64,000 nt of DNA from Ginglymostoma cirratum (GCA_024137785.1 JAHRHZ010000270.1:31998461-32062460); one strand, 5' to 3'; shown: positions 25,231 to 39,800, numbered from the stretch's first letter. A program made the numbers and translations. Notes: generated by a model from the letters alone, not told the origin.

Positions 25231-25879
25231 TTTCCTCAAAGACCTGATCTGAAGTTGCTCAATGGGATATTTTCAGTAAGCCACTCCTCAATGTCATCTA
25301 TCCACATGGCATTTGATCAGACCAGGTTTCCTCAATGGTTGGACAAAGGCAAAGTTGACAATTGCCTTACGTGCATTCACTTACTGGCTATGTGCCACAT
25401 ATTCAGAAGAGAGCAGCAAGTGAGAACGGCTTCTTCACATTCTGGCCACAAATAGTTTGATGCTATGCAGCTGTCACGTGGCCGTGCAGCTGTCAATGTC
25501 AAACAGCTGCAGCCCAAATCCATAAGAGCTGACAGAGCTATTTAAGGAAAGAGGCCATTCAGCCCCTCAAGCCTGGTCAGCCATTCAGTTAGTTCATGGC
25601 TGATCTGTGACTTAACTGCATCTTGGTTGCATAGCCCTTAACCTCCTCTGACTGTTAAACTATCAATCGTTGGTTTGAAATGTTGAGCTCTTGGAGTTTG
25701 GGCAGGCAGGGATGGGACACGTGGTCAGTGGAGGGTGAACAAGTTCCAGATTTCAACCATCCTCAGTCTGTATAACTGCTTTCTGGAGTCATTCCTGAGT
25801 GGACTTGCTCTAATTCCAAATCTAATGTCATCACTGGGCAGAGCACAAAGGTTAGAGCCTTGCAAGGCTATGACGGAGC

Positions 25880-26110
25880 AATGGTAAAGTTGCCATTATC
25901 CTGGAGGACTGCATTCTCATTAGAGAGAGAAAGATGGAAAGAGAGAGAGAGACAGACAGAGAGACGAGTAATGGTGGTTTAACTTGAGGGTCTTCATGCC
26001 TCAGGCGAAGGGCATGGTTGAGAAGGCAGGACCTTCATGGTAACCTTAGCAATTGTGGAATTGAACCCATGCTGTATCACAAACCAGCCACCCAGCCAAC
26101 TGAGCTAATT
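25880..26110 (-). mobile_element. tRNA-derived SINE with internal (GA)n; plus-strand relative at ~58990-59200
   Basis: Head ttagctcagttggctgg...gggttcaattcc (A and B boxes); similar to the second copy. Confidence 0.65.
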
Positions 26111-26317
26111 AAACCCTCTATGGTGGAGCAGCAGTTGCCTGAACAGGCCCTAGAGTACTCAAGTGTACCATGGAACGGTATGGCATAGGTTAGATGCCGA
26201 GCAAGATTCTATTTACTCCTCCCAACGATAAGTTTGAAAATCAGAAATTTTTCAGTGTGTCTGAAATGTTCCATTTCCCACTCAAGAAACTGGACTTTCT
26301 TTGTGTTCTACAATTTA

Positions 26318-26612
26318 AGCTCAAGGGAATTGCATGGTGATGCCTTATCCAGTAAGGGGAGAAGCGGGCTGGCTTAATGTGTCTCATATCCTGCTGCCTT
26401 TCCGCATGATCAGTGGAGAATGGATGATTGTGTCCCCTTTCCAAATTCAATTTCCATTCTTCCGAACCCAACAGTCATCCATCCTCCACTAATTATGTGG
26501 AAAGGAAGCAACATGTGAGACCCATGAAGCCATTCCATTTCTCTCCTTCCCGCTGTCTTCTCTTTAACTGCCAAAGAGATAATGAAGAGCGGTGCGTCAA
26601 TGATCCCTGAGC
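26318..26612. repeat. Imperfect long palindrome (MITE-like)
   Basis: ~75-bp inner arms (26357-26431 vs 26470-26545) plus outer gctcaaggga/tccctgagc matches. Confidence 0.7.
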
Positions 26613-27686
26613 TAATGGTACTAGGCTCCTGATGTCAGCACAGGGAATGAAAGACCCAAACAATGGTAACTCGTACTCATGTGGTGCCTAACACCAACCT
26701 TCTTGGACCTCAGTTGTGCATAAACATGAATAAATTTCTACATTCATGTTTGATCTCTTAATGTCCCATTATGTTTTTGGCTCTCCCACTTTGACTGCTA
26801 AATCCAGTGTCAGATATCTTCATGATATGTATAAACGAGACTGTCAGCAATTGCTGTCAAATCTTGCTTTAGTCACCAGGAACTCAATTGGGTCTCATCA
26901 AGCTCCTATTCTGTCAGATTATTATTCATTGTGTCTTTTCAGGATAATTTATTCATCAGTTCGATGGCTTCTGGCCTTGAAATGTTATTAGTTCGATATA
27001 AAATAAATTAACTTAATGCAATTTATTTTGCGGGCTGTGCTACAGGTGGACTTCAGTTATGTTTGTGAAGCTGTGCTTGGAATTAAGAGTGGTACTTTCT
27101 TTACAAAATTTAACTTTACATGATAAAAAGCACCATGTTCAGGTGGCTCAGGGAAGTTTTACAGGTAAATTACAGCAGATAAGCAGATGGATCAATCCAA
27201 CTGGCCTGTTAAATTACTTTTGTCCCATAAAAGACTCTTCCCAACTTATTCACAACCATTGTCTATCTCTGGGATTGACTTGACATCTACAGAATGCAGA
27301 TTTGCTTCCAGGACACTGCTTCAAGGAACAACCAAGAGAAATATCATTGGCACATGCAAAGGTATTGAGCATACTTACTTTGGAAATATTGGAAAGATTG
27401 CAGGTGGGATAAATAATAGCCCTCAATCACACACTTGGGTGAATCAATTTATTTTCCATTTGTCCGTTAGGCAAAATGGAACAGTCTGAGGATTGATCCT
27501 AGGCCATCAATGATGTGAGAGTGGCGCTGGATGGTTGGTGGCAGGAGGTCATGTGCTGAACATTTTTCCATGTTCTATGTCCAGAGTTGAAACCCTAAGG
27601 ATGTAGGGTTATTTTATTTTAGCAAATATAGTAAATGTTCGCTGTGGGTCATTTGGCCACCGTTTGTTTAAACAATCACTCAATCT

Positions 27687-27815
27687 AAATGCAAAATGCT
27701 GCAGATGCTGGAAATATGAAACAAATGCAGAGAATGCTGGAGAAACTCAGCAGTTCTGGCAGCACCTGTGTAGAGATAACAGCGTTAATGTTTCCAATCG
27801 GTATGACTCTTCTTC
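27687..27815 (-). mobile_element. Old PLE terminal segment with a decayed hammerhead at its 5' end
   Basis: Tail tgctgcagatgctgga...ctcagcag..tggcagca resembles families A and D. Minus strand reads gaagaagagtcataccgattggaaacatta. Confidence 0.6.
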
Positions 27816-28752
27816 CTGTCAGGGTTGGACCTAAGAGAACGTAATGCAGCAACTTCGGAGGGAGACAAATTAGAGTGGGTGAGTGCAGCAGAGAAATTAA
27901 GGTGGCTGATGTCACCTCAGCAATTTTCTATGAAGATATCAAGTGGAGGTTAAAGGCCAGGGGGAGGGTAAGTGTTGGAGATGGGTGCAAAGATCTGCTT
28001 GACAGGGAGAGTACTCACTTCCAAGGAAGTAGGCACAGAGGTGAAACTGACGGAAGAGTTTGGTGTCAAGTCGTGCCCAAAATTCATGTAGAGATTAAAC
28101 TAAGTTCTTTTCTAAGCACAAATTGTTCAGCTTCAGAGAGGGGAAGTTCAGAGGATATGGCAAATACATAGTAAGAGGTGGGATTTATAAACATTTCTAA
28201 TATCTCCAGTCCAGACCCTGAAATAAGTTATCATCTTTGGATGAAAAGCTAAATTCACACTTGGCTTTGTTCTAAACAGGAAAATGAAAATGGACTGCAG
28301 CATTTTTCAAAGCACAGTCTCTACTTGTTAAGATGCCATGTGCTTTTCAGGGATCAGCAGGGTCTGTTTAGAGAACCGTTCTAGTAAAATCCATTTGTAA
28401 TATACCCGTAACCCATACAAATTCCTGGCAATTCTGTCTTAATGTAATGCTGTAGCTGATCTGTTTTCTGCAGGTTTGAGGGTATCCCGGCTAAATTGAA
28501 ATTCTGTCTGTGCAGTTTCTTTTCATTATTCAGGATTCTGGGCTTTGATGGCTTTTCCAGTTCTGTTGAAATCAATAAGTATGAACTGATGGGCTTACTT
28601 TACAAAATGCAAGTTATGTTATGTCAATGCCTGGCAAAGTTTACCCACTAAACATCTCTAGGTTTGATTTCAGTGTGCGATGAGTTTGTCACTTTCAGTC
28701 AGACATTAGTGAAGGGTGCCCACTACTCAGGTCAGTGACCCTCAGGTTCATT

Positions 28753-29360
28753 TAATTTGATTTGATTTATTGTTGTTACATGTACCGAAGTACAGTGAAA
28801 AGGTTTGTTTTGCGTGCAGTACAGGCAGATCATACCACTCAAAGTACATTAGGTAACAGAACAGAGCAAAGATTACAATGTTACAGCTGCAGAGAAAATG
28901 CACAAAGAGTGAGGTCAACATTAAATTTAAAATTTGAGAGGTCTATTCAGAAGTCCAATAACAGTGGGGAAGAAGCTGTTCTGAATCTGTTGGTACATGT
29001 GTTTAAACTTTTGTATCTTCTGCCTGACACAGGAGATTATAACCAGGGTGGGAGGGGGTCTTTGATGACTTTGGCTGCCTTTCTGAGGCAGCGAGAAGTA
29101 TAGATTGAGTTAATGAATAGAAGGTTGGCTTGCATGATGGACTTGGCTGTGTTCACAACTCCCTGCAGTTTCTTACAGTCCCGGGCAGGGTAGTTGCCAT
29201 ACCGAGCTGTGATGCATCTGGATAGAATGCTTTCCATGGTGTATCTATAAAAATTGGTAAGGGTCATGCCAAATTTCCTTAGCCTCCTGAGGAAGTAGAG
29301 GTGTTGTTGTGCTTTCTTGGCTGTCGCATCAGCATGGGTGGACCAGGACATATTGTTGTA
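28753..29360 (-). mobile_element. Rex1/Babar LINE 3' fragment
   Basis: KKAQQHLYFLRRLRKFGM..LTNFYRYTMESIL..CIT..YGN; tail with aataaatcaaatcaaat. Confidence 0.85.
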
Positions 29361-32300
29361 AATAACATACACTAATGCGCTGGATTCTAGTCATTAGTCA
29401 TTGAACTGCCCGGGAAGAGTGTGAAAGTAGAAATTGGATGAACAGTCTCCGCATGGCCAAATCAATGGCTAGACTTGATCCTGCACAAATAAAGAGGAAA
29501 ATACCAAAGCATAACTGCTGTCTTTGGCACTTTGCCCCGTGGCAAGTCATTGGGACAAAAGGGAATTGGCAAGCACGGTTTGAAAAACCTTAATCGTGCA
29601 GTTTAGGAACTATGTTCAATTATATTTCATTAGTTGTCACAATATTCTTCCTAACCAAAAGTGATTACAAACTGCAACATCAGTTTTAGGTCTGAACAAA
29701 CAGGTCACTTTCATATGGGCAACTAGTTAAAGTTGTGGCAATGGTTCATGTAATTGCCAACTGAGTGACAGATTATACCAAATTCCTATCACAATTTGCT
29801 AAAAGGCTGCTTGAACAGCACCAACCATTAGACGTAGCCTTTGGACATGTGGATAAAGCAATGGTCCTTTTTTGAAAATTGATTTAATCATAAAGCTTTG
29901 TAAAGTTACTCTTTTCCTCCACTGAATGGTACTCTTATCTCTCTGGCACAAAGCCACAGGCTCAAGACTGACTCTCGAGAATGGAAGAGGGATCAAAGCT
30001 TACAATCACAACACAGGCTGGGGGAGTGCTGCATTTTTTGTGGAGCTGTACTTCAGTTAAGATGTTAACCAAATGCCACATCTTCTGTCTCAAGATGTCT
30101 TGAAAGAACCTATATTTTCACTTTCATGTGTGTATGGAATGAGCCGCCAGAGTAGGTGGTAGTGGTGAGTACAATCACAACATTTAAAAGGCATCCTAAA
30201 GGGGATATGAGTAGGAAAGGTTTCGAGGGATATGCGACAAGTGCTGGCAAATGGGACTAGGTCAGATTGGGATGTCTAGTCAGCACAGACAAGTTGGACT
30301 GAAGGGTCTATTTCCATACTATACGACTCTAAGAATGGATTTTTTGCTGATATTGTGGGCCGACATTTATCACTCAAAGAAACATAATATAAATTTTCTC
30401 TTAGTAATATTTCCAAATCTGCTTTTCTTCACTTTCAAATATTTATTTATGTGAATCAAAGCTACTGGAGCTGTGGGGGAATAAAATGAATGGACAGCTA
30501 CGTCAGAGATCAACCATAATTTCATTGAATGGCAGAACAAGCTTGTTGCGCCAAATGGCCTCCGCCTGATCATAAACCCATTCAATGTTGCTCATCCATT
30601 CTAGTAAATGTTGCACACCATGCACAACCAGATTGCACAATCCAAATTTACTCACAGCATCAGCCACATATGCCAATGCTGAGACCAAGCTTTTGCTGAA
30701 AGGCAGAAGCCTTCAGTTAATAACTTCAATAAGGATATTAATTGGCATCAATATTAGAAAATTCAGAAATTTCAGTAACAAACTGTGATTTGTACATTCA
30801 AACTCAAAAGGCATTTAAAGTGATACAAGGGAAATGTATATGCAGCTTGTGGTGTCACAAAGTAAAACATTCCTAATTATATATAAGAGAGATTGTGTCT
30901 CATATACAATGACATGCTTAGCATCGAAAAGATTGTTACTGTACCATTCCAAGAGTAAGAGGTATCATTGGTAATTGTAAACTTTCAATGTGGTGCACTT
31001 CATACAGCACATTTTTAACATAAAATAGAATTATATCGCATAGAAATCAACCATTCAGCATACCATGCCAAAGGCAGCAATTCAATTAGTTCCACGTTCC
31101 CTATGTATTTTTCTCCAAAGCCTTGCATTTGTTTGTCTTTTCAAGAAGGTGTCCCATTTTCTTTTGAAAATTACTATTAAGTTTGCTTCGGCTGCTCTTT
31201 CAGCATGGATATATTCAGATAGAGATGTCTTGAAACTGAACAATGGGGAATATTTTGAACAAAAAGTGTTTGCTTATATTATCAAAAATTTCCAAGAAAA
31301 ATGAAATGAAATATTAATAACCAGAGTAAAGATGCACCGTTCAAAATTAGGATACGTTTGCTTAATTGAGTTTGCACATATTTCACTTATCGGGTGTGTC
31401 TGCATTATTCTCTATGTATAGGAAGAGAAAGGGATTGTATTCTAACATATTGAGCATGCAGATATTATTATCATTCAGCATAAGTTCATTCAATGTAAGT
31501 TATAATAACCATTGATAGACACTTGGAAACTGAATGAATAATTCAAGTAATAGCTTACCAAATTTGTTTGAGATAGTAACAGTGGCAATGAGGATGAACT
31601 TTAGGGATTATACCAACTTACATTGTAAAAATAATTTTCTTCTTCAATCTGCCTGCCCATCTATTTAACCAATCGTCTTAAATCTGAGTGCAATGACTGC
31701 CAATCCTTCTGCCCTCAGAAACAGTTGTTCTATGCCTATTCAGGTAAAAAAAAAAGTCTCTCATATTTTGAGATCTCTGTTAAATCTTCTCCTAACATTC
31801 AGTCTCTGAAACAAACATCCCCACATGTCTACAGTCTCTTTGGTTTGCAAGGCCTTGTACTCTTGTAAATCTGCTCTGCATGCCAAGACCTAGAAAATCT
31901 TTTATAAAGTCTGCTCTTGCGCTCAAATAGTAACTGTTTACTGAATCTTTTTTCCTAAAAGCCACGTTTATCTATAATACTTTTAGGCCTAAATATGATA
32001 AGCTAATGACATTCTTAAACAGAAAAATTACAGTATTACACAATCATTCTGTGTACCCAAATGTTACTTGCTCCCATTTACTGGCCCTCGGCACATCTGC
32101 TATCAATGTTGGTGGATAATCTGCACGAGGTCTGGAATCTAACTGGGAAAAATGGGATTTGACAGCTGCGTTCACCACCAAAAACCAAGAGCATACTTTT
32201 CACTAATATAAAGCTGTATGATTTTATTTCCCCAAGTGACCAGCAAGAGTCTGATATTGCCAGGCTATTTGACAGGGATCAGGCTCAAGACTGCCAGCTA

Positions 32301-34134
32301 ATTTTTTTTCTTGTTGCTGCCTCAAAGACATTTAGGGAAATTGTAGCATTTCTGCTGTCTCACTTGGCTGAGATCAGTTAACTGAGTGCTGATTGGACAG
32401 ACCTGGATTTGAATGCTTCTTTGGTTCATAAAACAACATAACATCGAGGCTGTGCATGTCAAACTATCTTATTTGACTAAGATTCCTAGCTATATATCAA
32501 CACAATAATCACTTCATGCCATTTTCAAAGAAAACAAATCTTTACACTCAAGTATAGTTCTTGGTTTTTAAATGGAACTTGAAAACAATTTTACTTCCTA
32601 AATTTCTTTATTAAGACATGGTAATTTTGAAAGCAAGGAATCTTTGCTGACTTTTAATCTGATAAAACAAACAATGGATCATATCTTGCAAACCAACTGT
32701 CTCAGCCAATGGACTCTTATCCGAAAAAAAAAGTAGCGACTGCATTGATAAGACTTAGAAATGGGGAGATGTGACTTCTTTGTTTGGAAATTGAGAAAAG
32801 AAAATTTTCTCTCAATTAGAGTATTTGCATTAATATCGAATCATTTCATCTGTTAACAACTCACAAATGTCATGGTCAATCATCGAAAAAGGCATGAAAG
32901 ATTTACTGAGAATGCATGGAGTCCTAACTGTCCTGTTTAACGCCAAAACTGATTTTCCTTACACCAAACTTTTTATTGTGGTTAAATGAGGAATGTTATT
33001 TAAACCTTTATCTATTGAGATTCTTTCCTTGGTTCTTTGTATGGTGCCTTGATAAAACTCTCGGAAGTGTGTGGGCTAATCTGGCCTTGATAAAACCTCA
33101 GAAAGTGTGCGTGTTCATCTGGCCTTGATATAGAACATCAAAATTGCAATCTTTTGGACTATTATGGCTCAGCTACATTTGCCACACCATCTTTATTACC
33201 AGCTAACATCATACAATCAGACTTTACTGTACTGGCTAAGGTTCAAAGAAATTAAAGATTTGCATTAATATAGCACCTTCCATAATCGCAGTATGTCCCA
33301 AATAACCTCACATCTAAGTATAATAACTGTTGTAATGCTGTAGGCAGTTGATTATTTGCAGAGATAATGGTCATAATCTTATAGGGGTCTGAGTGATGTG
33401 GGCTATGGTGAGATTTGTGACAGAATGGTTGAGAAATCTAATGAGGCTGATCTCAACGCTGGGAGAAATCTCACTCAATCCATTATGTTTTTCACAAGCT
33501 GCATGGTGACATTCTTGCTAGACAGTGGAGAGTTGCCAGTTAAGAGGGATTATTGCTTGTTAAATGAGTTGTTGACAGCCAAATTCTCCCGAATAATATA
33601 CAGCTTCTTATCTTACCAAACAAGCCAAACATTCAGAAAACTCAACACGGGAACCAGAGCGCTACGTAGTGAATTCAGCTTGCTGCTTGCTCTGAGTAAC
33701 CTACTGGGAATAGGGCACCAACATGATAGGCTACTCTCCATGGGCAAAGACTGCATGCATCCCACATCTCAGACGTTGGCACTGATATGTGCCAGTTTCT
33801 AATGGCACATTTCCAATCCACATACAGGATGCATTTGCAGTTTAATCCTGCTCCTTGGTCTGCACCAGCAAATGTCATTGTAATACTGCAGTAAGAACAC
33901 TGTGTGAACACATCCAGCTGATGGACTGGGCCAGACCGTATCACTCACTAACAGTGTTTGTTACAAAGGGCTGAATGGCCTACCCTGCTCCTATTCTCTA
34001 TGAGTTACTTGATGTAACTATGCTTACTCACTCTGAACCTAACAGAAAGCTCACAGCATCTCTGCCTTGCACTGCCTTATCTTGCTTTTTTATACTTTGG
34101 CCCTTCAGCCAGAGACACAAAGCTTATGTTGCTC

Positions 34135-34260
34135 AGAGATAGTAAGAACTGCTGACGCTGGAGTCAGAGAAAACACAGTGTGGAGCTGGAGGAACACAGC
34201 AGGCCAGGCAGCATCAGAGGGGCAGGAAAGCTGATGTTTCGGGTCGGGACCCTTTTTCAC
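34135..34260 (-). mobile_element. Short PLE (family A related) starting at a decayed hammerhead
   Basis: GGGTC-cc-GACCC-GAAA-CA-TC followed by the full tail. Confidence 0.8.
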
Positions 34261-34814
34261 TTTTTTCTGAATACTGAATTTTTTCAGTACACAATTGCTG
34301 TCTTGAATTGCTGTTTAGCTCAGACACAAAGCAAGGGAGTTTGTCACAGTTATCAGCAGGACTCAGTCGAGTGAAGTGAGTTAGCCTTCACTCAGGACCA
34401 CTCAGCTAATAAGTCAAGGGCAACCTTTGATATGGGCCTAGGTCATTTGAGCGGTCAGAGTCAGGATCCTCTCTGCACAGAGGCTGAGGAACCAGATATT
34501 TGATGAACCTCGACCTGTCTTGATTCTTTCCTCCCTATTGGGTGTTGTTTTCCACCTGGAATGAGAGAAGCAAGTGTGGTGGGAAATGAGAGTGGGTGGG
34601 TACAGCTGTTACTTTCAGTCCAGGAGCGGAGCTGTTCTGAGTGAGGGAGTAGGCAGCATAGAGGCAATGTATGATGTTGGGTTGTCTGGGTGACAATGAA
34701 TGGGGAAATGTTTGCAGCCAATACAGAGGACGGTAGAACATGAACCTTGGTGGGATGTTATTACAGAAGCAGAGTGTGAGTGAGTATGAGATATTGGAGA
34801 GCAGATGGTGGCAC

Positions 34815-35050
34815 TTACGGTGGCTGTATGGAGAAAGTCATTTACTTTCTTCTTGCAGTGCTGGGCATTCCTCCAGACAGCTGAGACGGCTTTAACGTAG
34901 GTGGCAACCTCAGGCCAGGCTGGCATGGTCTTATGCCATGGCATCCAATGGGAAAGGAGGAAACCCCATGTCTGCACGACTCTGCCCAGCAAGACCTCCT
35001 GGTCCCTTCCACAAAGTGGGGCATCAATCTCCCATTGACTGTCACGTCCA
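34815..35050 (-). pseudogene. Harbinger-type Myb/SANT DNA-binding exon remnant
   Basis: AP...EVLL..V...AWPEVATYVKAVSAVWRNAQHCKKKVNDF followed by a gtaagt donor. Confidence 0.7.
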
Positions 35051-36479
35051 GGGCAAATGTCAGGCATTGTTCAAGGCATCTCTGGACTAGCAATGTTTTT
35101 TACAAAGGGCTGAATGACCTACCCTGCTCCTATTCTCTATATTTCTCACATGTTTTTGGGGTAAACAGACACAGAACATGGAAACTGGATTAATTGAATA
35201 TCTCTCTCAAAGATATAGCTTTCCTCTGCGAGATGATTCTAAGATTCTAAATGGAATATATTCATGTTATCAGTTCTGGGTGCAAGTGAGATCCTTTGTT
35301 ATTCAACCAACACGACTTGTCAGAACACTAACTGTTACCTCAGTTTCAACTATTGCTTCTATGTAAGATGTAACCAATTCCTTGGAGTTGTTTGCCATAT
35401 CCTACAATTAATGAGCAATTCCTCTAGGTAAGGATAATGGGTCACAATAGGATCCAAGAATGCCTTGATCCTAAGGCATCAAAGACTGAGACTTATTGGT
35501 GATCAGGTTGCAGACAGTGATAAAAAGAGAACATTCAACTTCCTGGCAGCTGGAAACTTCTAAAAATGCAAACATCATTCAATAAAAGTATAATCACATG
35601 GTTCAGTTGGAGTATTTCCATGTCTGATTCAGAAGATTGTGGGTTCGGTTGAGCATAAATATATAACAACATCCCAGTGCAGGAGGGGCATCTTTTGGAT
35701 GAAATGTTAAAATGAGACCCTCTCTGTTCTCTCAGGTACACATCAGAGACATCCAAAAATCACAGATCAAAGACCCCAAAGCAGAACAGGCAAGTTATCT
35801 GAGTGTCCTGGCCAATATGTATCCCTTAATCACAATGAGGTCATTGTTTGTGCGAACTTGCTATATGCAAAATGGCTACTGCATTTCCAGTGATGAAACA
35901 ATGACTCAAGTTCAGAAGTACTTCATGAGCTGGAATTCATTTTGGGACATTCAGGGACTGAGAAGGGCACTTTAGAAATACAAGTTTTTGTTTTACTTTT
36001 ATGGGCCTTTTTGTTTCAAACACAACCAGTCAAAATTGTTATACAAAGAAATATTTAAAATCAATAACAATCGCAGTTTGGAAGGATTCTGCTGCTTGTC
36101 AGACTGTCTAAGTACTCAACATTATAGAAATCTTGATCTGCTTACGCAAAAAAATGTTAGAATGTATTTTTTATCAAAAGACACAACTGATTTGTTTGCT
36201 GCATATAATAAACAACAAGGTTCCATTAAGCTAAAAGAATTGGTTTTTATGGAGACAACCAAAACTGAGAAACTTGAAAGTAAAACACTGGCAATGTCAT
36301 GGTTCTAATAATGCAACCATGTGTAGCGACAGTGCCAATTTGGCCAGAATGGAGCTTATTGGGTAAATCCTATGTTAAGCCTAGATTCTCTTATATTTGG
36401 CAAAATTCTTACTAATCTCACTAACTTGTGTTATGATGTGCGGTGAATCCATTTGGGATGCCTTGGGGAGATTAATTGC

Positions 36480-36836
36480 CACTAATGGCCTTGCGATATT
36501 ATCACTAGACTATTAATCCAGAAACTCACTAATGTTTGGGGGACCCAGGTTTGATTCCTGCCATGGCAGAAGATAGAATTTGAATTCAATAAAAACTATC
36601 TGGAATTAAGAATCTACTGATGACCATGAAACCAATGCTGATTGTTGGAAAAACTCATCTGGCTCACTAATGTTCTTAAGGGAAGGAAATCTGTTATCCT
36701 TACCTGGTCTGGCCTACATGTGACTTCAGAACCACAGAATGTAGTTGATTCTGAACTGCCCTATGGGCACTTAGAGATGGACAATAAATGCTGGCCTAAC
36801 CAGTGCTTCCCAGGTCCTACGAATGAATTAAAAATA
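36480..36836 (+). mobile_element. tRNA-derived SINE sharing its 3' tail with the LINE at 6563-6865
   Basis: A- and B-box head; near-collinear with 56252-56610; tail aataaatgctggcc...gaatgaat. Confidence 0.8.
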
Positions 36837-39800
36837 ATCCTACGTGTTGGTAACAGTCTAAGCTATGTTAACAGGTGGGAAGTGATTGTTCACACAAGGC
36901 CTTGACAAAAGAATTGCTCAAACTTGATAAACAGTGAAGGGTTATGAAATAATACCTCTTATCTGGCTACATTAGATCCAAGACAAGCTCTTGCTAAAAT
37001 AATTCCTAAAAGTAAGGGTAAGTTCACATTACTGTTAGCTATATTGACTTAGCATAGAAAAAAATTGAATCAAAAACACTCGTCAGCTCCTCCCAGTATC
37101 AACACTTTACATGCTGATGGGCAGAGCTTATCTTGTGATATCAGTGAACCCTTTCATGTACTATGGTTTTATTCAACAGATACAGTTCTGTTGGAAATGA
37201 CTTGGATTGATTCAAAATACATATTTTGCAACTAACCTTCACCTACTGCATCTTGAAAAAAAGAGCTTTAGAATAATAAGCTTTAGAAATAAGTGTGCTT
37301 TTATCAGGAAATGCTCATAAAGACTTCTTTTCGATAGACTCTGTAGACTGTTTGTTGCAGTGCGCTGCTTAAATGGACACTAGACAATTTGCATTAGTGA
37401 GCTACTTAGATTGACTTTTCTCCATGTTTGCTGTAAGTCCCACCCTGGCTCCAGTGCAGTGTAATGTTGCCAATAAACTCCCTGAACTTTTTAATAGCGA
37501 GCATAATCCTGGTTTCTTGTCTTTAATTTTTTTTTCTTTACTGTATTTAATCTAATTCATTTTCAAATACTGTGACTGACTGAGCCACAAGGATTGCCTG
37601 CGATATTTAGAGAATCTTCTACTGAGGCTACTTACAATATCATTATTTTTGAAGTCTGATTGGCTTTTTCTTCTTTTCTTAACTGAGACATTTGCCCCAG
37701 GGCTGAGTACCAGCTTCTAAATAAAGCTCTGTCTTTAAAGCCTAAATATAAATGTCTTTATATTGCTTCCGTGCTGTGTTGCTCTATCTGTCCACTGGTA
37801 ATCATGTTTGAGCTGCTGACTGACTACCTGTGCTTTCTTCAAGCAGTAACGCTCTTGAAGTGGTAAACTCAGTCACTTCAGTGTTTTTCTTTTCTTCTGG
37901 GTCTTCTGATTTCTGTCCTTGAGGTAGGGTCTCAGATCGACACTGCTGTAGCCATGTGGTATTTTCTGACTGGTGGCACAATGTGGTATTTGCTACCCTT
38001 ACCAGAATGTGTATTGTTTGATGTAATTCACTACCAGCAATCCTCCTCCTTTGTCTTTACTGTTCCTTGGGCCTATTGAGTCATTAATGACAGAGGATAC
38101 ACTACCATACTGTATCTACAGAAGAGACACTATTCTTAGATAACAAGAAGATTTATTTCATGATAGCAACAAGTATAACTACATCTAGTTGGGCATAATT
38201 TCTAGGACCTAAGGGAGTCTGTACCCTCTAAAAGCTGGAGTAGAACTCTTTGTCTCCACCTAGTGTGACAAGGATGGAGCCAATGTAACATGAACATCAG
38301 TCCCTTCAGTTTCACGACCTGATACAACAGATCAGAGAACATTTGTAAGATTGGGAGCAGTAAAACATTGAAGTCGGAATGCGGAGATACAAATTTCCAT
38401 GAGGGAGTAAGTGAAAGATGGCAGGACTGGATGACAGGAAGTTCACAAGACAGTTAATAGAGCAGTAAAAAGTGAGGTAGAAGTATTGAGTTTGGAGCAA
38501 GGGCAGCAACAAAAGTGCTGACCTGAATGAAACTAGAGAAAGTAAAGATTACACCAGGCAGACCATGGTTGTAAATAGAGGACATCCACCTTTTCCCAAG
38601 TGCTTTGTGCTTGAATCAAAATGTGTTGCACTTGGTCCTCTAACATTAAGTAAGTGTGGGCATATTTAAGTATCCAATTGTCAGCTATACTATGGTGGCA
38701 AACGTCATTTGGTCAACAACCACCAAATATGGTAATATTCAAAAATAACAAAGCTCAAAATCTCTGGTGGAATTTCAACATTCTGTCAGGAAAATAATGC
38801 ATCATGTCCGTCACGAGCAGAGAAAAGAGAATTAATTTTCGATCTTGGCCCTCCTTTGATTGTTTGATGATATGCCATGTTTGGGGTCCATGAATATCTT
38901 CCAGCATTTCCTTTTCTATCCACCTCAAACAACTCATCAGAAGCCTCAACCTTTTCCACGATTAGTGCATTTCTCCTCAGTTCTAGTCATAGTTAACACT
39001 GTTTTTTTAGGAAATTCATTGAAGATGTTCCTGTGCCAAACGCATCAGAAATCCAACAAAATTGCCTAGTTGGGATTTTCCACAGATACTGTCCGTGAGG
39101 TAATATGGTATGAGAAGCTGAACTGAATCTGAATATGTATATTTCCTGAATTATTGGTTCTTCTGATTGCTGCCACAGCAAGAACTTGATTGACATAAAT
39201 ACCAGATAGTTGCTAATAAAGCCAACAAGGAATTAAGGAGAAACCTCCTTATCCAGAAAGGGTAAGGATGTAGGAACTTACGATGTGGTGAATAGCATAG
39301 CTATATCAATGAGAAAGTTGGATGAACACATGAAACAGAAAGGAATAGAAGGATGTGTTGATAGGGTTAGATGAAGAAGGTTAGGGGAAGCTTGCATGGA
39401 GCATAAACACCAACACAGACATTGTAGGCAAAAATAGTCTGTTAGCTTATAATTAGCAAGTAACAGCATGCAATAGCCTCATTTCTGTTGTTAAGAATGT
39501 TGTGACAAATTGTAAATTGTAAACTTGTCTTGTCCTATTTAACATCGTAAATTGATCAACCAATTGTGTAGTTAAAAACTTTTTGCTGTTTCTTCTGAGT
39601 ACTACTTCGAATTCCATGACCCCCACTCCACCCCAACCATTTTTATCTGGACTAGTGGTGGAACTGATGTCGTTGTAGTTGGCAGGGAAAGTTTCACACT
39701 TAATCAGCCTTCATCTGTTAAATCTACAACTTGTTTCACGCGTGTTTCTTGTTTGCTGCCTCATAAAAGTTCTGCTTCTTGCACCTGGACTCCATCTCTC

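Noticed and set aside
33045-33130. ~38-bp tandem repeat with recurring gccttgata, superficially CRISPR-like
   Set aside because: Eukaryotic context, only ~2.3 units, and the 'spacers' resemble each other; an ordinary tandem duplication.
37803-38058. Minus-strand open frame with an acidic stretch (SEDPEEKKNTEVTEF)
   Set aside because: Weak splice sites and no homolog recognised.
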